A DNA stretch of 64,000 nucleotides, taken from contig JAFGJX010000069.1 in the NCBI GenBank assembly GCA_016928865.1, positions 40,151 through 104,150 on the forward strand. Direction: 5' to 3'. This stretch comes from Spirochaetota bacterium (GTDB lineage: Bacteria; Spirochaetota; UBA4802; UBA5550). Below are positions 38,506 to 46,643 of the stretch, piece by piece (position 1 is the stretch's first letter; every line of letters begins with the position of its first letter). The notes under the pieces were generated by a model that was not told where the DNA came from, did no database searches, and saw nothing but the letters and a program-made list of their open reading frames with translations. Both the position numbers and the translations under genes were made by a program.

Positions 38506-41298
38506 TTATTTATTCGCCTGCGCCTGCGCGCTTTCGAGCATGAGCTCGGCGCGCATCTTCTCATAGAAGGAGTATGAGGAGTAGAAGCGGAAGTACTTGT
38601 GCTGGAGCCGCGACAGGTCAATGGCGGTTATGAAGGGCCGGTAGTCCTTTGTGTCCAGGGCGCCGTTCTGCTTTCTCACGAAGTCGACGACGGTATGCTT
38701 GGAGAAGGCCTCGGACGGATGCCCGTCCGGAAGGGTGATGCTGTAATGCATTTCGCGGTTTTTATCCATGGCGACCGCAAGACCGCACGGCTGCATTTTT
38801 TTCTGTAAATCTTCTATCCTGATCGAGTGCTCCGGGTCTATCCGCGTGACCGAGTAGTTCATGTACAGGTCCTTTTTCAGCTGGAATATCTCGACCGGGT
38901 TTTCCCTGAGCCGGAGCGTTGACGACGGGTTCTGGCCGGTCACCTGCGCAGCTACACCCTTCGCGAAGATGTAGAGGCGCGTCAGGTAGTCGAAGAGCAG
39001 GTCCGCTGGTTTGCGGTAGAAGAAGAGCGACCCGCTCTCGTCAACCACGTAGAAGAGCGAATACTTGCGGTCGCTGTCGAAGTAGATCTGGATCGCCTCG
39101 TTGATCGAGTTGTCGACGATTGTCTTGAGGAAGTTGAGCTCCTTTATGGAGGGATCGACCCGGATCATGTTTTTCAACCCGTAGTTGAACGAGAGGCTGA
39201 ACATCATCTTCGCCTCTGAATCGCAGGTGATCGTGTCGATGAGAGCCTGGGCCCCGGTTTTTTTGGTGTAGAAGATGAGATACTGGTTGCCCATCATGGT
39301 GACGTAGCTCTTTTTCGCGTCAGCGTATCCGTCCAGGAAAAACGAGAAGAGGTCGCCGACGAAGGTCTTGATCCTGATGAAGTCCTTTGTCGAGCTGAAG
39401 GGCGACGAGGAGACCACGTTGATGGCGCTCGCGTAATCGCTCTTTGTGGCAAGGCATCCGTTCAGGGTCCTGACCAGAATCTGGACAAGGTCCAGCTCGC
39501 GGTTGAAGGTCTCGAACCGCGTCGATCCCCAGCTGTCGTGGTAGAGGAAGAATATCTCGTCGATCTTCCGCGAATACTTGGAGTAGAGGTTGAAGATGAT
39601 GTAGCTCATGACCGGGTAGGGGTCTTTCAGGTAGTCCTCGCGGAACGCGCTGATCTTTTTGAACATGAAGTTCGTGGAGATGTCGGCTATGAGCTCGCGG
39701 AGGAAGTTCGTCTCCAGGCTGTGCAGGCCGGTGTCTATCTCGAGGCGCGTGTAGTCTTTTTTGAAAAGGCCGTTCAGGCTGATCCAGACCGAGAGGCCGA
39801 GCAGGGTCCTGTCCTTGTGCAGGATAATGATATTCGGGTGGTTGTCCACGATGAGGCGCTTTGACAGGAACCAGGTCTCGTTTCCCTTCTGATCGCGCAC
39901 GTATTCGATCTTCAGGAGCTTCTCGGGCGGATAGTTCTTGAAGCTGAGCGTGTTGTCGATCTTGGTGTCAGAAACCTGGAAGTGGGAGTATATCTTCCGG
40001 CTTATCGCCTTGATCTCCTCGTCCGTGAACTTGTGCTTGACCTTGTGCGCCTCGATGCTGCCCAGGATGCGCCGGTACTCTTGTAAAACGAATTTCTTCG
40101 CGTTGTTCAGGAGCCTGCTCACCGGCTCGATATTCCAGTTGGTGAAATTGTCCATGTCCCTGATCTTTGCCGCGGCCCAGCCCCATTTCTTCACGTATTC
40201 CAGCATGATCCGGGTCTTGTCGGGATTGAATCCCTCCTCCTGCCTGGCGGCCGCGCTGCGCGAAAGGGACGGCTCCACCTTGAGGTAGAACGACGTCTTC
40301 AGCACGTCCAGCGCGTCCCGGTCCCTGACGATCGAGCTGTAGTAATCGTATACGTAATTGAACATGATGATATAGGCGTCGATGTGGTCGTAATCCAGGT
40401 TGCCTTCGTGGATGTTCTTCTTTATTATATTGCAGATGAAGGGGTTTTCCATGTAGTTGTTGATGTACCGTTCGAGAAGACCCAGCTTGATGATCGACTT
40501 GAACGGGTTGCCGAGCGACTTGAGGATCTGGAAGAGCCCGGCCGCCAGGAAGTCCTCCTGCTTGATGCTGTACAGGTTGCCCAGGTCGATGAAGCTTTCC
40601 GCCATGTCCGATTTCATCACCGTCGCGAGCCAGGCGTCGTAGGTGGCGTTGTCCGTGTCTGAGGGCACGACCCACCAGAACGGCGACTTGCCGTACAGCA
40701 CGATCGAGCTCCTCAGAAACTCCTCTTTCAGGAGCTCGCCTATTGATGAGCCGGACAGCTCTTCTCCGTCGTCGGCGAATATGTTGTTCCTCACCCGGCC
40801 GATCTCGTTCAGGTAAAAGTGGAGCTCCATGTTGTAATTCTCGAACGCCCAGCTCTCGATGCTGCGGAGCTTGGCCTTGAACTGGTTGATGGACTCGCGG
40901 TCGTGCCGCCCCTCGTGGTAGCAGAGCCAGAAGTCGAAGTCCGACTGGCGTGTGTAGGCGATCGTGCCGCAGCTCCCGATAAGCGCCACCATGAGTATGA
41001 AGGGATTGTCCACCCTGTTTCTGACAATGTTCGCGTCGGGGAAGCGTTTCGAGATAAAGTCGGCGAGCCGGGGCGATGGCACGAAATCAGAGACCCCGGC
41101 AGGGATATGAGCAGCCTGGATGTGGCCCGGCAGACCTGATGAGCTTACGTTGAGCAGATAGGGAACCAGCTCGAGCAGGATGAGCGCCTTCTGATCGGGC
41201 AGGGCGCGCTGGAGGTTCCCGAGCTTCAATCGGTTATAGTTTTGAAATTTTTCCTGGTTGGTCCTGATCCTGGTCAGTATATCGGAATGCTCATCCAT
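38506..41298 (-). CDS. cyaA: Class I (CyaA-type) adenylate cyclase
   Basis: It aligns by eye with the E. coli CyaA catalytic region. 'IGSCGTIAYTRQSDFDFWLCY' corresponds to '[21 protein letters not shown]'. 'ELHFYLNEIGRVR' corresponds to 'EVSFFLIDENRFR'. 'LLKEEFLRSSIVLYGKSPFWW', 'GLFQILKSLGNPFKSIIKLGLLE' and 'SFYLKV' also match. 930 aa versus 848 aa in E. coli. Confidence 0.85.
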   Translation of the reverse strand: MDEHSDILTRIRTNQEKFQNYNRLKLGNLQRALPDQKALILLELVPYLLNVSSSGLPGHIQAAHIPAGVSDFVPSPRLADFISKRFPDANIVRNRVDNPFILMVALIGSCGTIAYTRQSDFDFWLCYHEGRHDRESINQFKAKLRSIESWAFENYNMELHFYLNEIGRVRNNIFADDGEELSGSSIGELLKEEFLRSSIVLYGKSPFWWVVPSDTDNATYDAWLATVMKSDMAESFIDLGNLYSIKQEDFLAAGLFQILKSLGNPFKSIIKLGLLERYINNYMENPFICNIIKKNIHEGNLDYDHIDAYIIMFNYVYDYYSSIVRDRDALDVLKTSFYLKVEPSLSRSAAARQEEGFNPDKTRIMLEYVKKWGWAAAKIRDMDNFTNWNIEPVSRLLNNAKKFVLQEYRRILGSIEAHKVKHKFTDEEIKAISRKIYSHFQVSDTKIDNTLSFKNYPPEKLLKIEYVRDQKGNETWFLSKRLIVDNHPNIIILHKDRTLLGLSVWISLNGLFKKDYTRLEIDTGLHSLETNFLRELIADISTNFMFKKISAFREDYLKDPYPVMSYIIFNLYSKYSRKIDEIFFLYHDSWGSTRFETFNRELDLVQILVRTLNGCLATKSDYASAINVVSSSPFSSTKDFIRIKTFVGDLFSFFLDGYADAKKSYVTMMGNQYLIFYTKKTGAQALIDTITCDSEAKMMFSLSFNYGLKNMIRVDPSIKELNFLKTIVDNSINEAIQIYFDSDRKYSLFYVVDESGSLFFYRKPADLLFDYLTRLYIFAKGVAAQVTGQNPSSTLRLRENPVEIFQLKKDLYMNYSVTRIDPEHSIRIEDLQKKMQPCGLAVAMDKNREMHYSITLPDGHPSEAFSKHTVVDFVRKQNGALDTKDYRPFITAIDLSRLQHKYFRFYSSYSFYEKMRAELMLESAQAQANK

Positions 41299-41532
41299 GT
41301 CGTCTCTGTCTGGTATCCCTGGTATATCAGGTATGATGGGGACTATACGCTCCTGCCGGCATGTTATCCGGAATCGTGTTCATCGGTTTTGCCGAAAGAT
41401 ATACCTGAATAAACACATCTTATATATGTATATGCTTAATAGTCAATTATAATATATGTAATGAGGGGAAATCTGTTTAGAATTTATGTAATGAAAGTTT
41501 ATCCGGATGCGGCCCGGGCGGGCTGTCTCCTC

Positions 41533-41573
41533 AGGCCTGTGAGAGGCCCCCCAACCTCCCCGGAGGGGGGCTT
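41533..41573. repeat. GC-rich hairpin repeat, family 1 (left boundary of DUF559 copy 2)
   Basis: 'aggcctgtgagaggccccccaacctccccggaggggggctt'. 'gaggcccccc' is the inverted complement of 'gggggcctc' at 42079 and 42134. Confidence 0.6.
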
Positions 41574-41619
41574 GAGATTATTGGTTGAAAGAATGATTTA
41601 TACTAGATACTATGCTTAC

Positions 41620-41976
41620 ATGAAAGAAAAAATACACACTCCGAAATATGTCATTGAGCTTGCCAGAAAGATGCGGCTCAACATGACCAATACTGAGAAA
41701 ATCCTCTGGAATGAGCTGAAAGAAAAAAAATTAAGCGGTTACAGGTTCAGATGCCAGCACCCGGTGCATAGATATATTCTTGATTTTTACTGCCATGCCT
41801 CAGGGCTTGCTGTTGAAATCGATGGTGACATTCACAAAACACGTCAAGATTATAATGAATTCAGGGATGAGTTCCTTGAAAATTGCGGCATCACCACTCT
41901 TCGTTTTAGCAATGATGAAATACTTCATGATGTTAAAGACGTATTAAATAGAATTAAGTACGCTCTTGAAAAGTAG
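41620..41976 (+). CDS. DUF559 (Vsr-like endonuclease fold) domain protein, second copy
   Basis: 'LARKMRLNMTNTEKILWNELKEKKLSGYRFRCQHPVHRYILDFYCHASGLAVEIDGDIH...LRFSNDEI'. By eye it is roughly half identical to the copy at 38086. I prefer the ATG at 41620; the ORF-track N-terminal extension from 41461 only translates the repeat. Confidence 0.85.
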   Translation: MKEKIHTPKYVIELARKMRLNMTNTEKILWNELKEKKLSGYRFRCQHPVHRYILDFYCHASGLAVEIDGDIHKTRQDYNEFRDEFLENCGITTLRFSNDEILHDVKDVLNRIKYALEK

Positions 41977-42000
41977 TCATATTGATACAGAATATTAAAA

Positions 42001-42146
42001 GTCCCCCTATGAGGGCCAACGCATTCGGCACATCCTGTGCCTGCGTTGGCATCAACCTCATCCTGAGAACGAGATTTAGGGGGCCTCCCGTCAAGAGGTT
42101 ATTTCTGACAGTGAAGGTCCAGGCTCCAATCCTGGGGGCCTCCCGG
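42001..42146. repeat. Repeat/hairpin block at right boundary of DUF559 copy 2
   Basis: Nested hairpin gccaacgca-ttc-ggcaca-tcc-tgtgcc-tgcgttggc (42015-42050). Two direct copies of 'gggggcctcccg' lie at 42079 and 42134. Confidence 0.6.
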
Positions 42147-42221
42147 CAAAAATATCTTATGTCTCCCTACAGAAACTGCCGATAAGGTAGTGAGTCGTAA
42201 CTATCGACACAGGAGCGGGCC

Positions 42222-42734
42222 ATGCAGGAACTGATAAACGAATCAATCATGACAATGGTTAACGACGGCACGGTAAGCATCGATCGGGCAAAGAACCTTA
42301 TTTACATCAAGGAGTTCATCGACCGTATATCGACGAAAACCTATATCCGGGAGGAGACCGCGGAAGAGCTCAGGAAAAAATACGGCGTGCGTCCCAATAT
42401 CATCACCTGGGGCGACTACTTTCAGACCGAGATGGCAACCTCGCTCCTGGTGGTTCCTGACGATGAGTTCAACCGCGCGGTGGAGACCCTCAGGTTCGAC
42501 ATGGTCGCGAGCTGGATGATTTTCAGCGAAAAGGACGGCTCGTTTTTCAGGTGGGTCGATGACACGTATGACCGGATTATTGACGCAAAGAGCGCGGGCT
42601 ACACAGAGGAGGAGCAGGAGATCCTGCACATCAAGATTTTAAAGGAGTACTACACCGACCTGGGGCTCGTAAACCGCTTCACCGAGGGCGAGATGCGGTG
42701 GTTCGAGGGGTTTGAAGAGGAGAAGGTGGTGTAG
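42222..42734 (+). CDS. Hypothetical protein
   Basis: 170-aa ORF with an AGGAG RBS ~9 nt upstream. It has protein-like composition and no recognisable motif. Confidence 0.6.
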   Translation: MQELINESIMTMVNDGTVSIDRAKNLIYIKEFIDRISTKTYIREETAEELRKKYGVRPNIITWGDYFQTEMATSLLVVPDDEFNRAVETLRFDMVASWMIFSEKDGSFFRWVDDTYDRIIDAKSAGYTEEEQEILHIKILKEYYTDLGLVNRFTEGEMRWFEGFEEEKVV

Positions 42735-42740
42735 GGGGGC

Positions 42741-43895
42741 TTATAGGAGACCCCCTTTTATCTTTTTACAATATTTGCAATATATAACCCGAAACAATAC
42801 CACACCAATTATTGTTCCAACTGTATTTGAAAAAAGATCCATCAAATCGGATGATCTGAGAGGCATAAACGCCTGAATCAATTCGATTGTAAGGCTGATG
42901 GCTGAGCCGCAGATAATGGTGATAATGACCAATTGATTATTGCTTTTTCCGAAAAGTGAAACCAGCAGGGCGAGCAGAAAAAACCCAAGCGGAATGAAAC
43001 CGATAACATTAAGTACAAGGTCGGGACAGAAATGATGTGTCCTCGTAAAATAATCCCGAGGACATCGTAAAACTGTCTTTTTTATTGTAAAAAGATTGTT
43101 TGGAATATAAAGGTTATTCTTTCTTGTTAGAACATTATTGAGATAAGGTCCGGATTTTTCATTCATCGGGTAGAGCGCTATGATTCCGCTTTCTTTTGAC
43201 AGGGAGATAAAATCCTGCTCACTCCATCTATTAACATGACTTGATATGTCACCTGCTGTTAATGCTGAGCCGTAAATGGCAAGGCCCCTGATTTCCCCGT
43301 TCCATGGTGTTTTCAATTGGGGGTCGTTGCCCAGCATGATGCGGGTTTTAAGATTGTTCTCGCTGCGTGAATCTAAAATATATCTCGGGAAAACCCCTGC
43401 TTTTTTACCATTAATGTATATTGTTGTGCCACAGATGCCTGTCGTTATTGTTATAAAACTGGTTTTATTTATAATAAATGCATTCGGTATGCCGATTTCA
43501 TGATAGGCATAGGATCCGTGAGGGCGCTTTATTCTGCGGCGTAGTATCAATTCCGACTTCCATTTCGCCACCATTAATAGTTCCGGTTCCCTTTCATCAT
43601 AAAAACAGAGGATTGCGGAAAGTCTGGCCTGTTTCTCCTGGAATGGGATTACAGCGGTTTCGATTGTCATAGGTGAAAGATTATTCAAAAGACCGCCATC
43701 TTTCTCCTCATCTGTTTCATATATTAATACAGAATCATGTGTGGATACTCCATGGCTATTGCGCAAGCGCGAAACTTTATTCTCTGGATTGAATGCAAAG
43801 GGCTGAAATCCGAAAAACAGTATGAAAGCAAGGAGGACAAGATTGATGCAGATCAGAAAAATTTTATACTGGAGTAATCTGGTAATAAGTGACAT
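42741..43895 (-). CDS. Membrane protein: N-terminal anchor, LamG/concanavalin-like domain, C-terminal VanZ-like domain
   Basis: The C-terminal 'VLNVIGFIPLGFFL...LTIELIQAFMPLRSSDLMDLFSNTVGTIIG' is VanZ-like. The central 'WNGEIRGLAIYGSALTAGDISSH' is typical of LamG_3-type lectin-fold domains. Confidence 0.7.
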   Translation of the reverse strand: MSLITRLLQYKIFLICINLVLLAFILFFGFQPFAFNPENKVSRLRNSHGVSTHDSVLIYETDEEKDGGLLNNLSPMTIETAVIPFQEKQARLSAILCFYDEREPELLMVAKWKSELILRRRIKRPHGSYAYHEIGIPNAFIINKTSFITITTGICGTTIYINGKKAGVFPRYILDSRSENNLKTRIMLGNDPQLKTPWNGEIRGLAIYGSALTAGDISSHVNRWSEQDFISLSKESGIIALYPMNEKSGPYLNNVLTRKNNLYIPNNLFTIKKTVLRCPRDYFTRTHHFCPDLVLNVIGFIPLGFFLLALLVSLFGKSNNQLVIITIICGSAISLTIELIQAFMPLRSSDLMDLFSNTVGTIIGVVLFRVIYCKYCKKIKGGLL

Positions 43896-43935
43896 TGCTG
43901 ACTGGTCGCTTAAATATCAATAATGAACGTTCCGA

Positions 43936-45228
43936 TTATAATTCCGCGGTAATGCCGATTGTTGCACGGTTTCTTAGATAGCCGCTGTTCTCCCTGATAT
44001 ATGCACCATTATACCACACATACCCGCGAAATAATCCATACCCGTCCTGTTGCATATTATTTAACGTGAAGTCGTAACCTATACTGCCTGATACGTGTTC
44101 GGTAATTTCATATGCGATTGATAATGAAAACCCGAATAGCCTGTTTGTTGACCTGCTCGCGTAAAAATACGCCTGTCCATAAAAAATTGAAGAAGTAAAG
44201 GCGAGCCTGTCCAGAAGCTGGCGTGTAACGTCACCGGCAATCTGCCAGTTTGTGGTGGTGTCCGCGCTGTTGGCAATTATTGAATTCTGATAGGTGAATG
44301 ACAATGTTGCATTGGTCTGTTCATCCACATCATTTGACAGGGCCGCATAGGTATATAGTGTGACGTAATATAACTCCTGTGGAGAAATCAGCATCTGGAT
44401 GCCGTAGACGCTGTAAAGAGTGCGAATATCATGAGGAGGAAGAACAATATCTGGAGATATCCTGGCTTCAACAAAGAGCTGCCGTGTGAAATCGTGACGG
44501 TATCCGATGCCGGGCCTGTGTGTCTGGAAAATGCCGTTAAGGTTCTGCTTTGTCCATTGATACTCATAAAAAATATATATGTTATTTGATGAATCCCAAT
44601 GAAACTCGTGCTGCATCCTGGCTGTTTGGGTTAAGGAGTATTCAAGGTTCTGATTTGAGTAATTGCTGTAAAAATAATTATTGAGATAGTATTGACGGGT
44701 GCGGGTATAAAAATATTTTGAAAATTGGTTGTTGTAATTGATGCTGATCATGTAGTATTTGTTGACTTCGAGTATGCCGTTAAGGCCGAAATCATTGCTC
44801 CAATACCATGTTCTTCCCTGTACATTCCCGAATAGGTCTTCGAAGCGCTCAGCTTCGGGGTAATGGCGGAAAGAATCATTTATACTGAAAGAGATAAGTT
44901 CTGAAAAATCTTTGCTGAGGCTTACGGTAATATCCTGATTATTGTTGGTTAAATCAAAATGTCTGGCAAATATCTGCTGGCGCACATGCCCGATGATGTC
45001 CAGTGTATATGTTTTGCCTTCATTACGCGCCCCTAACCCTAATATCATGCCGGTAATAAAATCATATTTTTTCTTCTCAAAAAATGTTTCAACAGTGGAT
45101 TCAATATTGTCATCAAATGTTTCTCTCACCTCCCCTTCAAGAATAAATTCCCAGGCAAAAACATATTTTATCGTTACAATGATAACTATCGATATGAATA
45201 ATAAAATGAGCACTCTGTGTTTTGACAT
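43936..45228 (-). CDS. Putative outer-membrane beta-barrel protein of the glycan locus
   Basis: 430-aa ORF with an N-terminal hydrophobic leader. It is Tyr/Asn/Ser/Thr-rich with an alternating pattern throughout. No named family was recognised, and context (next to the Wza-like gene) is the main argument. Confidence 0.5.
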   Translation of the reverse strand: MSKHRVLILLFISIVIIVTIKYVFAWEFILEGEVRETFDDNIESTVETFFEKKKYDFITGMILGLGARNEGKTYTLDIIGHVRQQIFARHFDLTNNNQDITVSLSKDFSELISFSINDSFRHYPEAERFEDLFGNVQGRTWYWSNDFGLNGILEVNKYYMISINYNNQFSKYFYTRTRQYYLNNYFYSNYSNQNLEYSLTQTARMQHEFHWDSSNNIYIFYEYQWTKQNLNGIFQTHRPGIGYRHDFTRQLFVEARISPDIVLPPHDIRTLYSVYGIQMLISPQELYYVTLYTYAALSNDVDEQTNATLSFTYQNSIIANSADTTTNWQIAGDVTRQLLDRLAFTSSIFYGQAYFYASRSTNRLFGFSLSIAYEITEHVSGSIGYDFTLNNMQQDGYGLFRGYVWYNGAYIRENSGYLRNRATIGITAEL

Positions 45229-45720
45229 AAAATATTTAATAAAGCACTAAAATCATTTAAAGCTGTGTGAACGAACAAACATGATTGATAGTAGTGTCAT
45301 AAATGTCAAATTGAATTTTTATATCAAGCATATTTGAATAAATGAATGATGAGAATATATACTGACCACGGATACATTTTTATAATTATTTTATCCACTC
45401 AATATCGAAACATCTGCAATTATTCAATATAGTATCATTCAATTATATGGATGGGCATGCAGGTAAGTATTCTCGGTACATTTAATGAAAAATCTATAAA
45501 GACTATTTTCAGTTTGCTGAAAATATGCAGACTGTGAGCGATACACGAATGTATCGACTTATTCTGGGCACAAAGACGAAAAAATGTGAGGTTTTACGGT
45601 AAAGACCGGGAACGACTTGAAAAGCAGTTAACCGAAATATCGGTTACCCGCTATTTACTTCGTAAAACCGACCTGTTCCGGACAGTATGTCCGAATGCCG
45701 ACGCAGCGTAGAATGCTCAA

Positions 45721-45752
45721 AAAAACGTCGAAAAAACTCCTCAGATGGAGTT
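45721..45752 (-). terminator. Probable intrinsic terminator of the polysaccharide-export gene
   Basis: The minus strand reads aactcc-atctga-ggagtt followed by TTTTcgacgTTTTT, starting 12 nt after the stop at 45765. Confidence 0.45.
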
Positions 45753-45764
45753 CTCGTGAAACTG

Positions 45765-46334
45765 TTAGAAGAAACCCTCTGATACTATGACAATGTCTCC
45801 AGGCTGTAAGACAATATCTGCTTTCGCGTCTCCGTCCATCGCTTTCTTCAGGTTAATTTTGATATTCTGATAGCCGGGCTTGTCAGTGTATGGTCGTAAT
45901 AATTTAACACGGCTTTTTGATCCGAACCTTGTAAAGCCTCCTGCTATTGAAATTGCTTTTAATACGGTAGTATTCTCCTGTAATTGATATGTTCCCGGTC
46001 GAATTACTTCTCCGGAAACGGTAAAGTTCTGACTGTTGGATTCGATTAAGGAGACCACAACAACTGGGTATTTTAAATAGCCACTTGCGAGGCGGTATTG
46101 AATCGTATGTTGAATTTCCGTGATTGTTTTACCTTTCGCCAGAACGGCGCCTATATATGCCACGGAAATTTCTCCACCGGGCGAGACCGTTGATCTATCA
46201 GTAATCTGCTCAGGTTTTAAAATTCTAACTTCCAGAATATCGCCACTTCCTACGCGATAGGTTTCGTTATTCGCCATAACCGTTATAGCTAATAAGAATT
46301 GTATCAGTAGAACAAATATAATTTTCCTATTCAC
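45765..46334 (-). CDS. Polysaccharide export protein (short Wza-like: Poly_export + SLBB)
   Basis: Signal peptide, 'YRVGSGDILEVRIL' (Poly_export motif) and C-terminal 'LQPGDIVIVSE' (SLBB). Confidence 0.8.
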   Translation of the reverse strand: MNRKIIFVLLIQFLLAITVMANNETYRVGSGDILEVRILKPEQITDRSTVSPGGEISVAYIGAVLAKGKTITEIQHTIQYRLASGYLKYPVVVVSLIESNSQNFTVSGEVIRPGTYQLQENTTVLKAISIAGGFTRFGSKSRVKLLRPYTDKPGYQNIKINLKKAMDGDAKADIVLQPGDIVIVSEGFF

Positions 46335-46643
46335 TAAAAACCTCCATCAAACGCATGCATTCTTTTATATAATAGTTTTTAAATTATGTTAGATTTATGT
46401 TCATAATAACAATATTATACAACTAAGTCTTATGATATTATTTACTGCATCATTATTGTGATTCGTAAAAGATTTTTTTTACAATTTAATTTTTTAAATA
46501 TATATTAAAAATTCAAAATAATCCATAAAAAAATGATAATATACTAAATTTCGGTTATATTTTGAGTAATAACAGACTATTTCGGAATTTTTCTTATGAG
46601 GATAATGTTTTTGCAGTAGATAAATGATTATGTAAATTATTGG

